Source: Octopus bimaculoides
Lineage: Eukaryota
Direction: 5' to 3'
Assembly (NCBI RefSeq): GCF_001194135.2
Contig: NC_068981.1
Span: 46,487,482-46,539,162 of the forward strand
Length of the DNA: 51,681 nucleotides
Numbering within the stretch: position 1 is the first letter of the stretch; each line of letters begins with the position of its first letter. The position numbers were made by a program, and so were the translations under genes. The notes under the pieces were generated by a model. That model saw only the letters and a program-made list of their open reading frames with translations, did not search any database and was not told the DNA's origin. This document shows positions 36,686-49,633 of this stretch, piece after piece.

Positions 36686-37869
36686 ATCATACACATAGTC
36701 ACATATATATGCATGCATTTGTTCAAGTACAACCACTCGCATACACACACACATATATTATAATACGTATCGTTACATTTATATATGTATCCATGTGTAA
36801 GACATATAGCTTTCCCCTTCAATTCCATCGTTTACTTCTACTCTTCAAACTGTCAATTCACTTATACTTTTGATTTATACACAACCGCATTTAAATGAAC
36901 TTTTGACTCTAAAAACCCAACAAACATTCGTATGTGCCTAAACTTTCAGATGTCTAATCATCCGTTACAAGTTATTCTTCCACTTTTATCCTTTACAAAA
37001 TTCTAAATCAATCTTATGTCGCTGTGTATACGAAGAGACAGACACAAATGTAACAGAACATAAATATGTTGAGAATCAATTTTCTTTCAGGTAATAGATA
37101 AGAAGCACTTATCAATGCATACGTGTATACTTATATATATGTGTGAGTGTGGGTGCGCGTGTCTGTGTGTCTATGTGTATGTGTGTGTGTGTATTTGTAN
37201 NNNNNNNNNNNNNNNNNNNNNNNNNNNNNNNNNNNNNNNNNNNNNNNNNNNNNNNNNNNNNNNNNNNNNNNNNNNNNNNNNNNNNNNNNNNNNNNNNNNN
37301 NNNNNNNNNNNNNNNNNNNNNNNNNNNNNNNNNNNNNNNNNNNNNNNNNNNNNNNNNNNNNNNNNNNNNNNNNNNNNNNNNNNNNNNNNNNNNNNNNNNN
37401 NNNNNNNNNNNNNNNNNNNNNNNNNNNNNNNNNNNNNNNNNNNNNNNNNNNNNNNNNNNNNNNNNNNNNNNNNNNNNNNNNNNNNNNNNNNNNNNNNNNN
37501 NNNNNNNNNNNNNNNNNNNNNNNNNNNNNNNNNNNNNNNNNNNNNNNNNNNNNNNNNNNNNNNNNNNNNNNNNNNNNNNNNNNNNNNNNNNNNNNNNNNN
37601 NNNNNNNNNNNNNNNNNNNNNNNNNNNNNNNNNNNNNNNNNNNNNNNNNNNNNNNNNNNNNNNNNNNNNNNNNNNNNNNNNNNNNNNNNNNNNNNNNNNN
37701 NNNNNNNNNNNNNNNNNNNNNNNNNNNNNNNNNNNNNNNNNNNNNNNNNNNNNNNNNNNNNNNNNNNNNNNNNNNNNNNNNNNNNNNNNNNNNNNNNNNN
37801 NNNNNNNNNNNNNNNNNNNNNNNNNNNNNNNNNNNNNNNNNNNNNNNNNNNNNNNNNNNNTGTGTGTGT

Positions 37870-38070
37870 GTATTTGTGTGTGGGTGTACCTGTTTGTTGT
37901 ATTCTTGAGCAGAACACTTCCTGTGAGGTTACACTGCGACCATTTTGACATTTGACGTGTGATACACCATGCACCTGTGCAAGCAATGTCGATTTGATGG
38001 AGAGGATGAGGTACAGTATGGCACGAACATTTAATCACTATGGACTAATATCTTGTACGCAGGTTGTTCA
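37870..38070 (+). mobile_element. Interspersed repeat S4 fragment
   Basis: 3' part resembles 14300-14390. Confidence 0.45.
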
Positions 38071-38183
38071 CAAGATATTGTAGAAACATATTTTTGGACT
38101 GCAAGAAACTAACTTACATATATAAATTTATGTATGTATGTATGTTTTATGTGTGTGTATGTATGTATGTGTGTGTATGTATG

Positions 38184-38248
<65 letters not shown>

Positions 38249-38712
38249 NNNNNNNNNNNNNNNNNNNNNNNNNNNNNNNNNNNNNNNNNNNNNNNNNNNN
38301 NNNNNNNNNNNNNNNNNNNNNNNNNNNNNNNNNNNNNNNNNNNNNNNNNNNNNNNNNNNNNNNNNNNNNNNNNNNNNNNNNNNNNNNNNNNNNNNNNNNN
38401 NNNNNNNNNNNNNNNNNNNNNNNNNNNNNNNNNNNNNNNNNNNNNNNNNNNNNNNNNNNNNNNNNNNNNNNNNNNNNNNNNNNNNNNNNNNNNNNNNNNN
38501 NNNNNNNNNNNNNNNNNNNNNNNNNNNNNNNNNNNNNNNNNNNNNNNNNNNNNNNNNNNNNNNNNNNNNNNNNNNNNNNNNNNNNNNNNNNNNNNNNNNN
38601 NNNNNNNNNNNNNNNNNNNNNNNNNNNNNNNNNNNNNNNNNNNNNNNNNNNNNNNNNNNNNNNNNNNNNNNNNNNNNNNNNNNNNNNNNNNNNNNNNNNN
38701 NNNNNNNNNNNN

Positions 38713-38789
<77 letters not shown>

Positions 38790-38801
38790 GAGTTATGCCT
38801 A

Positions 38802-39215
38802 TTGATGTCTGTTACTGGCAAAGGCTGAAAAATCTAAGTCTGTACTCCCTGGGACGTAGGTGGGAAAGATATGCAGTGTAATGGACATCTGGAAAGTCCT
38901 GGAAGGACTTGAACAATACTTTACCATCGAATGTTATTCAAACACTGTACGGGTCACTACTGCAGAATGTCAAATATCCCAACAACACCATCAAGATACA
39001 GTATTGCATTAGTATGGGTTTCAGAGGACCACAGTTCTTCAACGTCCTCCCCAAAGGTCCTTCGAGTCGATGTACGTTTCTTCACAACAGAACTGGATCT
39101 CCCCCTGTAGAGATTTCTGGGTGAACATACCTTATGGCAGAATACGGAAATATGGACAGCAACATCAAACTACATCATTCAACAAATGCCATATAATAGA
39201 GAATGTTTCCAAGTT
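38802..39215 (+). mobile_element. CR1-group LINE ORF2 C-terminal fragment
   Basis: CYWQRLKNLSLYSLGRRWERYA..DIWKVLEGL..IQYCISMGFRGPQFFNVLPK..; same family as 15745-16200. Confidence 0.85.
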
Positions 39216-39315
39216 ATGAAACTATAGCAAAATTAACAGCCGTGCAACTGAGCCCTGAGTGTTAAAAGTCTAAAAGAATATACTAATATGTTACTGCTTG
39301 CAAATCTCATATTTT

Positions 39316-39383
39316 GGGTTCAGTCTCACTTGACAAAATGCTTGCGAGTGTAGTTGATATGTTGAAAGTGAAAGAAGCCCGTC
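39316..39383 (+). mobile_element. SINE S2, internally deleted head/body fragment
   Basis: GGGTTCAGTCTCACT joined to CTTGCGAGTG..GAAAGAAGCCCGTC; compare 44220-44340. Confidence 0.55.
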
Positions 39384-39919
39384 ATGTTTGTGTGTGTGCG
39401 CGTGTAAGTGAGTATGTGTGAGCCTCAAGAATGTATGCAAATAGGTTAAGGTAGCGATTTCAGGTATGTGTTTTATCGATGAATAATCTGATTGCAACTT
39501 GATAAAAACCGGCTAAATAAAAATCTAAAATCAAGAATTTTAAATTTGGTTCAGGGAACATATTATCATATGGAAAATGTGATGATCATCTCCTTTTGGC
39601 AAAAAGTAGTTAGTGATAAATAATCTCAACTAGGGTCCCCATGACGCTTGGAAGTTCGTAAAATATGTTGTTGCTAAGGCGTATGCGCAATGAATCGGTT
39701 ATACGGTCCACCCGAGTAAAATAGGAATCAAAAGGGTCCATACTCAAAATTTGGTTGAGAACCTTCAAGATGGTGTTACAGCATGGAGTAAATGAGAAAA
39801 GATATATTAATGATAGATACATATTTCGTAGATCCTTATCTCGCAAGTTAATACGTTATTCTATGTACACACACATACACACATGTATAAACCAGAATAC
39901 AATTAATATAGTTACATCA

Positions 39920-39993
<74 letters not shown>

Positions 39994-40039
39994 NNNNNNN
40001 NNNNNNNNNNNNNNNNNNNNNNNNNTTACCCCATAAATC

Positions 40040-40285
40040 ATCGTGGCACTCCAAAGGTTACAAAGATGAGGGTTCCAATTCATGCGATCAACTGAACAGC
40101 CTGCTCGTGAAATTAACGTGTAAATGGCTGAGACTCCACAGACACGCGCGCCCTTAACGTAGTTCTCGGGGAGAGTCAGCGAGACACAGTGTGTGACAAG
40201 GCTGGCCCTTTGAAATACAGGTACAATAGAAACAGGGAAAATGAGTGAGAGAAAGTCGTGGTAAAAGAGTACAGCAGGGTACATT
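40040..40285 (-). mobile_element. Probable 3' part of a third SINE family (S3)
   Basis: GC-balanced non-coding block resembling a recalled octopus SINE tail (GTACCTGTATTTCAAAGGGCCAGCCTTGTCACAC on minus). No second copy in the window. Confidence 0.45.
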
Positions 40286-41754
40286 TGGACACGAAATTCA
40301 TATTGTTAGTAGATCTTTCCTATTTGAAAAATTCTCCCTTTTGTCTTAACAAGTAGAGAAACATATTTATTGAACGCGTTCTTCCACATTTACATTTTTA
40401 CTGTATGTTGGGAGAATTAGAAGAGGTGTGTAAACCATTATTTGTTTAATAACACCAACAAGTGAAAATCTAGCTGAAAATAACAGACGATGGCGTCGAA
40501 GTTAGCGCGACATGAATATATTCAAAAGTCGTTTATGGAGTAAATATTACTGCAGAGACATGTAATTGAATCTCATGTTTTCCAAGAATATATGTAACAA
40601 CAGATGAAACCATACGTGCATTTATTTGTTTAACTTCTGTAATTTTGTCTATTTATATCAGCATACACGCACACACACACACATATAAAATTAAGCATGC
40701 ATACATACATACATACACACACATATATATAAATATGCTCACACACATATACATTGTATATGCATGCATATACATTTTATATGCATGCATATATATGTGC
40801 GTATGTATGTGTATATATAAGTGTGTGTGAGAGTATGTTTACCTATATATATATATATATATATATACGTAGTTGTGGGGGTTTATGTATGTACGCAGAA
40901 AGAGAGAGAAATAGAGACAGAGACGAAGTGAGAGACAGGGAGACAGAGAGGATAGAGAGACATTACACACACATGCTCATATATATTAGCATGGATTTAT
41001 ATTTCAAAAGCAATGAGACTTTATTTCTGGCTTATATCCACGCATGTGGTTGTGTGCGTGTGTGGGTGTCGGTGTGGGTGTATTTGCATATGTATTTAGA
41101 GTAATAATTAAGACAGCAAATTTAAATAACCAGCTAAGTATTCAAATGATAGAATTTAATAATGATGAGAATTAAATAAAATATCTGACGTCCTTAAAGC
41201 AAGGTTCAAAGGAAACAAGAGAGCATGTACTTAAACGGAAGCACAATACTTTGTAAAAATATTTGAAAGATGAAAAATGGAAACGATATTATGTACGTAT
41301 ATTGACAAAGCGTAGCCTCTGCAGAGTGTGACCTTGATCTTTTTTTTGAAATCCGTAACCATTTCCCTTGTTATTAATATTTTTGCCACTTTTTTATTAT
41401 AATTTTATTTAAGTAACATCTGTGTTTTCTGCGTTATTTAATTAAATACTCATCGCAATGTTTTACTGTACATGCATGTATACATACGTAAGTAGACACT
41501 AATGTGGTTGGAATATACATGACAAAGATGACGTCTATGGACACTTAGTAAGGGGTTTGCAAATCTAGTACCCAATACACACATTCATTTCATACCTACT
41601 ATTATTGCAGCAACTGGATACATCCCAACGTGTCTGGAGCAAAGTATGGCTAACCATGGAATCATAGGAAGAGAATGCAAATCCTTAGTTCATATGCTAC
41701 AAACGATCACGATATTAGGGACCATAAATATCAGTAAGACCTAAAGGACGAAAA

Positions 41755-41874
41755 TATATTAGCGATGAAGGCAGTACTAATACTGAGAGGTAATATTTAT
41801 CCCCACTTAATCCTTGAAGTTCTGTTAGAACAGACTTTTCTGCAGTAGATACCGTGAGAGAAACTCACGTATAG
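41755..41874. repeat. Dispersed repeat family Y, copy 2
   Basis: Colinear with 30101-30218, same orientation. Confidence 0.75.
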
Positions 41875-42279
41875 GCTTTTGGCCCACAATGCACTGTTTA
41901 TATCGTTAGCGGGGAGATAAATCCTCTCATCTCCAGTGGCCTGTCCACCAGCTCACGGAATTTCTACCTTCCTAGGTCTCATTAATGATGGACGCACGGC
42001 CATGAGAGACAGCAGTGACTCACGTCCACGCCAGAGATGTATAGAAAAACGGTGCCAAAACAGGCGCTGGTGTCACGATTCGACAGCGAGCGTGTTAATA
42101 TATATATANNNNNNNNNNNNNNNNNNNNNNNNNNNNNNNNNNNNNNNNNNNNNNNNNNNNNNNNNNNNNNNNNNNNNNNNNNNNNNNNNNNNNNNNNNNN
42201 NNNNNNNNNNNNNNNNNNNNNNNNNNNNNNNNNNNNNNNNNNNNNNNNNNNNNNNNNNNNNNNNNNNNNNNNNNNNNNN

Positions 42280-42390
42280 AGCTCGAAACATCAAAGACTT
42301 TCCGTATTCCCGAGCGTCATACTAATATATCATTTTGTTATTTACACCACCTGTCCTCGTCTGTTGTTATTATTTGTATATTCTCCCATA
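42280..42390 (+). mobile_element. Penelope-type terminal repeat fragment (3' half of hammerhead motif), cut by gap
   Basis: AGCTCGAAACATCAAAGACT..TTCCCGAGCGTCATACTAAT homologous to 18620-18728. Confidence 0.65.
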
Positions 42391-42584
42391 TATATATATA
42401 TATGTATATATATGTATATGTATACATGTCTCTTAAAGGATAGAGCTCAAAATCAATGCATTGAAGATACTTTATTGCAGCAACAATTATAATAACAGAA
42501 ACAACCACAATAAGCCAAACCTATGCACATTTCAATAGGGTATCCCGGAAAAATAAACCACATCATAAGATGTCTCGTAAAATA

Positions 42585-42650
42585 TTGTAACAAATTACAA
42601 CATATTACAAATTTCTGGATACTCCATCTCATCAGGGTCCCCATGTCCTA
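42585..42650 (-). other. Hammerhead-like relic, family Z (homologous relic at about 39615-39650)
   Basis: Minus strand GGGGACC-CTGATGA-GA-TGGA-GTA-TCCA-GAAA-TTTGTAATA: core and stem II present, stem I poor. CATGGGGACCCT(A)G.TGAGAT..TATC recurs near 39630. Confidence 0.4.
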
Positions 42651-43520
42651 ACGTTGACTAGTACGACCCCGTCGTCTCAGGAGACGAATCTAATTGCCTG
42701 TTACTCATTACTTCAAGAAAGAGATAAACTCGCGTTTATTTTTGCTCGTCTGGGCAACTGAAAACAATAAGTATCGTACCAACCGGTTTTTTCTGTCTAT
42801 TTAAGTTTCAGCACAAATACACGCCCGCGCTTACGCAGAAATATACGCCCACACACACGCGCATACATGCGCGCACACCCCCACACACACACGCACACAC
42901 ACATACACACACTCACATACACACATATATATATGTATGTAGGTAGGTTAGAAAGAGAGATATTGAGAGACCGCAACAGAATAAAAATGTGTGAGAGACA
43001 TTTATGTATATATGATAATGTTGAATCTAAGTTCATATTTATGTCTCTTTAACTGTGTCTTTAGGTGTATGTGTGGAAGTAATACTGTGCCGTCATTCGC
43101 TTACTTAAATAACGGCTATTATAAAACTGTTCGTCTATCCTTCGTTTTCGAATCCATTTATGGGCAAAGACAATTATGGAGGTCAAGTTTTTTATATAAT
43201 TGTTGGATGATGCTATTGATATTTACCAGTAGTATATTCATCTAATAATTATCCTTTCAATATACTGTAAATTTGTTTATTGTTTAAGAAATATGTGGCA
43301 GTTTATTTCTATGTGGGGAAGAGGTCTATTGTATGAATGTCAATATATCGATATTGACTGATTTGTCAACTCATTTTGGCGCGGGACAGTAAGCGAATTG
43401 AGTTGTGCGTGAAACAGGTGAGGGTAAGAAAGTAATACGAATACAAACCAATGACAAGTAAATGGTATATATGTGTATGTATGTATTTATGCATGTATCT
43501 ATATATACACAGGTAGATAG

Positions 43521-43588
<68 letters not shown>

Positions 43589-43705
43589 TGATAGATATCT
43601 TTCTTTTATTAGTCACACAAGGCTGCACACAAAGGGGACAAATACAATTGTAGAGCTTTTCTTTAAACATTATAAAAAAGGTAAAATAAAAATAAAGAAA
43701 TCCGA

Positions 43706-44180
43706 TCCTCTCAGTAACACATCTGTTTCACCAAGTCAATTTTCTTTGTGTAGTGACGCTGGATTGCCTCAAGTTCCGCCACAAGGTTGACTCACTGCAG
43801 CGACCACAGTTTAGAGCAGTAACCCAGACGAGTTACGGGGCACAAACACACCAGCATCGGTTGTCAAATGTCCCTCACAGAAGTAGAAAGGTGTCATTAG
43901 TTCTAGGTCTGAATGATTTATGGATCCATCCAGCTACTCGCCTGCTCAGTGGTGCCATCCTAACAATATGCAGTTGTAATTTTGCATCCCTGCTCAGGTA
44001 GATTACTAGGTCACGCAACGATTCCAAATCTGGGATGGCACGGTCTCCAGATACGACGTATTATGGTGGAGGTCTGTTTGCAGGCCGATAGCGGAATGGT
44101 TGAAACTTATCAACATTGAACTGCATGTTATTTTCGTCAGCCCATTTATATATAAGTTGCAGGTCATTTTGCAATTTTAG
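43706..44180 (-). mobile_element. CR1-group LINE ORF2 fragment (late RT region)
   Basis: LKLQNDLQLIYKWADENNMQFNVDKFQ..SLRDLVIYLS..RRVAGWIHKSFR..[insert]..LGYCSKLWS..ELEAIQRHYTKKI. Confidence 0.87.
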
Positions 44181-44191
44181 ATTTATAATAT

Positions 44192-44341
44192 ATATGTGGT
44201 AAGACGATGCCTTGCCGACCACATGGTTCCTAGTTCAGTCCTATTTCGTGCATCTTGTGCAAGTGTCTTCTACTATAGCCTCGAACCGACCAAAGACTTG
44301 CGAGTGGATTTGTTAGACGGAAACTGAAAAAAGCACGTCTT

Positions 44342-44345
<4 letters not shown>
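44192..44345 (+). mobile_element. SINE S2, tRNA-like head plus CORE-like domain, followed by (CA)n(TA)n(TCTA)n
   Basis: TGTGGTAAG (A-box part), GGTTCCTAGTTCAGTCC (B-box region), CATCTTGTGCAAGTGTCTTCTACTATAGCCTCG..GTGGATTTGTTAGACGGAAACTG. Confidence 0.8.
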
Positions 44346-44393
<48 letters not shown>

Positions 44394-44411
44394 CTATATC
44401 TATCTATCTAC

Positions 44412-44468
<57 letters not shown>

Positions 44469-44821
44469 NNNNNNNNNNNNNNNNNNNNNNNNNNNNNNNN
44501 NNNNNNNNNNNNNNNNNNNNNNNNNNNNNNNNNNNNNNNNNNNNNNNNNNNNNNNNNNNNNNNNNNNNNNNNNNNNNNNNNNNNNNNNNNNNNNNNNNNN
44601 NNNNNNNNNNNNNNNNNNNNNNNNNNNNNNNNNNNNNNNNNNNNNNNNNNNNNNNNNNNNNNNNNNNNNNNNNNNNNNNNNNNNNNNNNNNNNNNNNNNN
44701 NNNNNNNNNNNNNNNNNNNNNNNNNNNNNNNNNNNNNNNNNNNNNNNNNNNNNNNNNNNNNNNNNNNNNNNNNNNNNNNNNNNNNNNNNNNNNNNNNNNN
44801 NNNNNNNNNNNNNNNNNNNNN

Positions 44822-44859
<38 letters not shown>

Positions 44860-45019
44860 TAAGCAAACAAACAGTTGCATAATCAATTACCTATATTCTT
44901 AGAGAACTACGTTGCGTCGAAACAATTGTAGCGAATAATAAATAAATGTCCAATCGTACTCATTCTTGACTGCAATTTCTTCAATTTATATATATTGTGT
45001 GCGTCTACATACACATCAC

Positions 45020-45684
45020 CTGGATAAACCCAACGTAAAAGGACACCTAATAAATACAACACACACATATATGCTCACACACAAATGCACCCTCATGCAC
45101 CCTCATGCACACACATACAGTTGCTCCCTCAGGCACACACGCACCACAAGGACAATTCAAACAAAAACATACTTAGAGACACACACAAACTCACGTACAC
45201 ATCCATAACACCCCCACCAACACACACACTCCCACACTCCCACAAAACACTCCCACGCACACACACAGATGCACATATACATACACACACATACGCACAC
45301 ATACGTACACACCCTCACACATACATACGATTGCTCTCACACACACACACCACATGGACGATTAAAACAACACATATATACTCAGACAAAGAGATATAGG
45401 CACACTCTCGCGTACACACACCTAACAACCCCACCAACACAAATAACACACAAACACACATACACACGCATTCACGAACGCACACACGCATACACACGAA
45501 CAAACACATACACACACATGCGCACATACAACACCCTAACAAATACCAATCACACACATACACACTTACACAAACGTGCACACATATACACACACCATCC
45601 TACCATAGATAAAACACACACATACTCATATACACATTCCACAATAAACTCTGGGACCAATAAAACGACACACACACACACACA
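45020..45684. repeat. CA-rich low-complexity tract containing a dispersed motif
   Basis: Cryptic (CA)n; 45532-45626 matches 14423-14516. Confidence 0.8.
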
Positions 45685-46360
45685 NNNNNNNNNNNNNNNN
45701 NNNNNNNNNNNNNNNNNNNNNNNNNNNNNNNNNNNNNNNNNNNNNNNNNNNNNNNNNNNNNNNNNNNNNNNNNNNNNNNNNNNNNNNNNNNNNNNNNNNN
45801 NNNNNNNNNNNNNNNNNNNNNNNNNNNNNNNNNNNNNNNNNNNNNNNNNNNNNNNNNNNNNNNNNNNNNNNNNNNNNNNNNNNNNNNNNNNNNNNNNNNN
45901 NNNNNNNNNNNNNNNNNNNNNNNNNNNNNNNNNNNNNNNNNNNNNNNNNNNNNNNNNNNNNNNNNNNNNNNNNNNNNNNNNNNNNNNNNNNNNNNNNNNN
46001 NNNNNNNNNNNNNNNNNNNNNNNNNNNNNNNNNNNNNNNNNNNNNNNNNNNNNNNNNNNNNNNNNNNNNNNNNNNNNNNNNNNNNNNNNNNNNNNNNNNN
46101 NNNNNNNNNNNNNNNNNNNNNNNNNNNNNNNNNNNNNNNNNNNNNNNNNNNNNNNNNNNNNNNNNNNNNNNNNNNNNNNNNNNNNNNNNNNNNNNNNNNN
46201 NNNNNNNNNNNNNNNNNNNNNNNNNNNNNNNNNNNNNNNNNNNNNNNNNNNNNNNNNNNNNNNNNNNNNNNNNNNNNNNNNNNNNNNNNNNNNNNNNNNN
46301 NNNNNNNNNNNNNNNNNNNNNNNNNNNNNNNNNNNNNNNNNNNNNNNNNNNNNNNNNNNN

Positions 46361-46400
<40 letters not shown>

Positions 46401-48951
46401 GCACACAATCACATACGTGTATATGAGACTATAGCAAAGCAAGAAACACAGCTGAGTGCCACAACGTCAATCTCCCTCATCCACCAAATGTCACATATCA
46501 GAGAAATTTTAGACAAAGTGTAGCAAAGCAAACGGCACTGCCCCCAAATGGCTGCACTCCTTGCACTGAAACTAAAAAAGAAAAGACAATCATATATATA
46601 TACGTACGTGCATATAGTGAAGAAGAGGAAGCGTCTAAGAGATATGTATTGAGAATTTTACAAATATATACATCTAGGGCAAAACTACAAATAAAGAAAA
46701 TGCAGCGTCGGAAGTCCTGAAGGAAAATAATATTTTTGTACAATATAAATAGAAACGCATAACTTATAATAAGTGAAATAGTCACAATGTGATGAAGAAT
46801 TATAAATAGGGAATTGTTGATTGCAGAAAGATGGGATCTGGGACACAAGCAAGCATTAGCTTTTCAAGAGAAATAAAACAAAATTAGTGATTATATTTAG
46901 AACAATTTTCAAGAAATTATTATTAATTTTACTTAATTTCAATCGAGTTTTCTAATATTGTTGTGTGGATGGCATGTAAATATACTAGTGTGTGTGTGGG
47001 TGTGTGTGTGTGTGTATGTGCATATAAATTTGTAATCACGTGACATATATATAGAGGAAGAAAGTTATATGCGTGCCCACACACAATTATATATACATAT
47101 ATATCTATATACATTACGTAATTTTATGAATGGGATAGAGATGTTGTTCAAAGTATGTTGCGTGCATTGTCATAGTTTGTTTATTTATTTGTTCCTTAAT
47201 CTATTACATTATATAATCACGTAAGTCTATATTACCTTAATATTTGTTGCAACTTAGAGAAAGACACTATGCGCTCATTGGAGATCTTGTCTTCGAACCC
47301 CGGCTCACGTTGTAATTCCTAAAATGAAGCCGTATTCTGTTTACTTAAGGTTTGGTGGGTTCAATTCCTTGTGTATGGCATGATGCGTGCCTTCTGTTAT
47401 CCGAAATTTAGAATATTTAGATGGTTATTATTGATATGAATGAATAAACTCCAAGTATTCTATCGGTTTACATATCGCCAGATTTTCACGACAGTATCTC
47501 ACGAGTCGTATGGATATGCGCTCTACCTTACGATACAAACAATGAGCCTTATTCTATATCAATCGATTAAGTCTAGTATTTAATTCCGTAGAATTAAATT
47601 GCAAATTTAGCCTCATTGGAATTTGAACACAGCATTCAAAGAGCCGGAACCAATAATTCAATACATTTTTCCGCCGCCCTAATGATTCTTCCAGAATTAG
47701 AATTATTGACATTGAAGTCAAGAATATGTCTATAAACGGACTCCAATATTTGAAATATTCATAGAAACGCAACAGTAGTGCTGTGGTGTCGGCTTTTGTT
47801 ACGTCTGTCTCCTTTATCATTTCTCTTTATTATTATTGATGTGAATAATTTTATGGAAAATATACATATGAATTACAAATATACACATAAAGTAATGTCT
47901 GCTAATACTCTGAAATACAATAGTTATTTTCTTCTCTTCCGTTTCACTGTGTATTAGTGTGGTGTGTTGCAGCATATATTAAATATTTCGAACTGTGGAT
48001 TTACGGTATATACTTACGCGCCTTTACTTCATAATTCCGAATGCTACTGGTTTTGACTCTGTTTCAGCTGATTATAAGTTCGTTTAAATATGTATTGAGT
48101 TGATGTTACTGCTTTACCAGTCAAAGAAAGTTGGGGGCGAGCGACTATTATATAAATCAATATTAGGTAATTGTGACAGTCGCCTTATCATCTTTGGTAA
48201 CAAATTTGCAGAATTTATATAAAGAAGCTCATTTCACATGGAATTCACGTGAATATTTGAGGATACATTACCGTTCCCTCTACTATAGTAGTGAAAAAGT
48301 GTAACGTGGAAGACTTGTAATTATTCCATTATAAATATGTTTTTATGAGAAAGCTAAATTATACCTCAGGAAAAACAACGTAGACTGGATATTCTATTAC
48401 CATATTATGTGTTAATTTTCTTTCCTTTGAAAGAAGATTAGATTTCTATATTTTGCTTCAGTTGGAAGTGGGATGATTGCCTGGCTGCTGCTACTACTCT
48501 CGGCGTTTCTCTTGATATTGATATGGTCATTCCTGGAGCATTTACAGTCATTCGGTATCCATAGTTGTGCAGCATATTTTTGCTTACAGTTTTATAAGTA
48601 TTACGTTAGAGCTTATACTAATATTTACTTTAAATCTATGCAAATAATTTCGATCTTCCACCATGTCACGCGATTCAATCGACTTCTTATAAAATATGCA
48701 ATAGCGAACGTCTTGAAAATTAAATCGTACATTTTTTTGAAGTTAATTTCAAATGGTGTTACATTGTCCTGTAATCATTTCCCATTGCTAAAATAATTTT
48801 TCTGAATAATCTTCGTAATATATATGATAACCACCACTATATTCAACAGACTGAATTATTATCAAACACACGCCCTACATCTTCGGTAGATGTTACTAAG
48901 AATCAAAAACAATTTGTGAATATGTTTGCGAAATAATATAAGCAATAATTA

Positions 48952-49186
48952 ACGCGGTGAGCCGGCAGAGTCGTTAGCGCGTCAGGAACAATTCGCAGTA
49001 TTCCTTCTGATATTACGTATTGAGTTGAAATTCCATCGACTTTACTTCAAATTCCGCCAATGCCGACTTTTCCTTCCATCATTTCGTTCTCGATAAAATA
49101 AATACCAGTTAAGCACTATGGTCTTTGTAATCGAATTACTCTGTCCCATTAACTTGCTGGCCGTTCGCCAACATTTGAAGCAAATA
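48952..49186 (+). mobile_element. SINE S1 with a short internal duplication around the B box
   Basis: CGCGGTGAGCCGGCAGAGTCGTTAGC..TTGAAATTCC..TTCAAATTCCGCC..TCGATAAAATAAATACCAGTTAAGCACT..ACATTTGAAGCAAAT. Confidence 0.82.
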
Positions 49187-49552
49187 TAAACACGAATTTG
49201 TAAAACAAAAGGGGAAATATATTGACGAGAACCGAGTGACGCACGATGTTTCGGCTGACCTTTAATTACAGAAAAGATGCTAAACAATTAGCCTTTCTAC
49301 AATGTGATTACATAGGCCATTGAATAAACTGTTTATCTATTAGTTTATTTGTATTTCTTCTTTTTTAAATTATGTTATTTATATTTCTACGAAATAATTG
49401 GTTAGCTAGTTATAGCAGGTCTAATTCAACTTCATGTGAGTTTAAAGGTAAATTTTGTGAATATAAATTTCGAAATAAATAAAATATGATTGAATAAATG
49501 ATTAAAGAAATATTTTTCTTAGCAGTAAACCGAAAACCAAGTAAATTAATAA

Positions 49553-49556
<4 letters not shown>

Positions 49557-49633
<77 letters not shown>
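49557..49633. repeat. (CA)n microsatellite running into a gap
   Basis: Direct read. Confidence 0.98.

Noticed and set aside
43588-43690. 3' terminus of another Tx1-like element beside (GATA)n
   Set aside because: Resemblance is from memory only; no coding remnant or second copy here.
46712-46765. Hammerhead-like AAGTC-CTGAAGG...GAAACGCATAACTT
   Set aside because: Needs several corrections (core, stem III, stem I) and has no second copy in the window; too degenerate to support.
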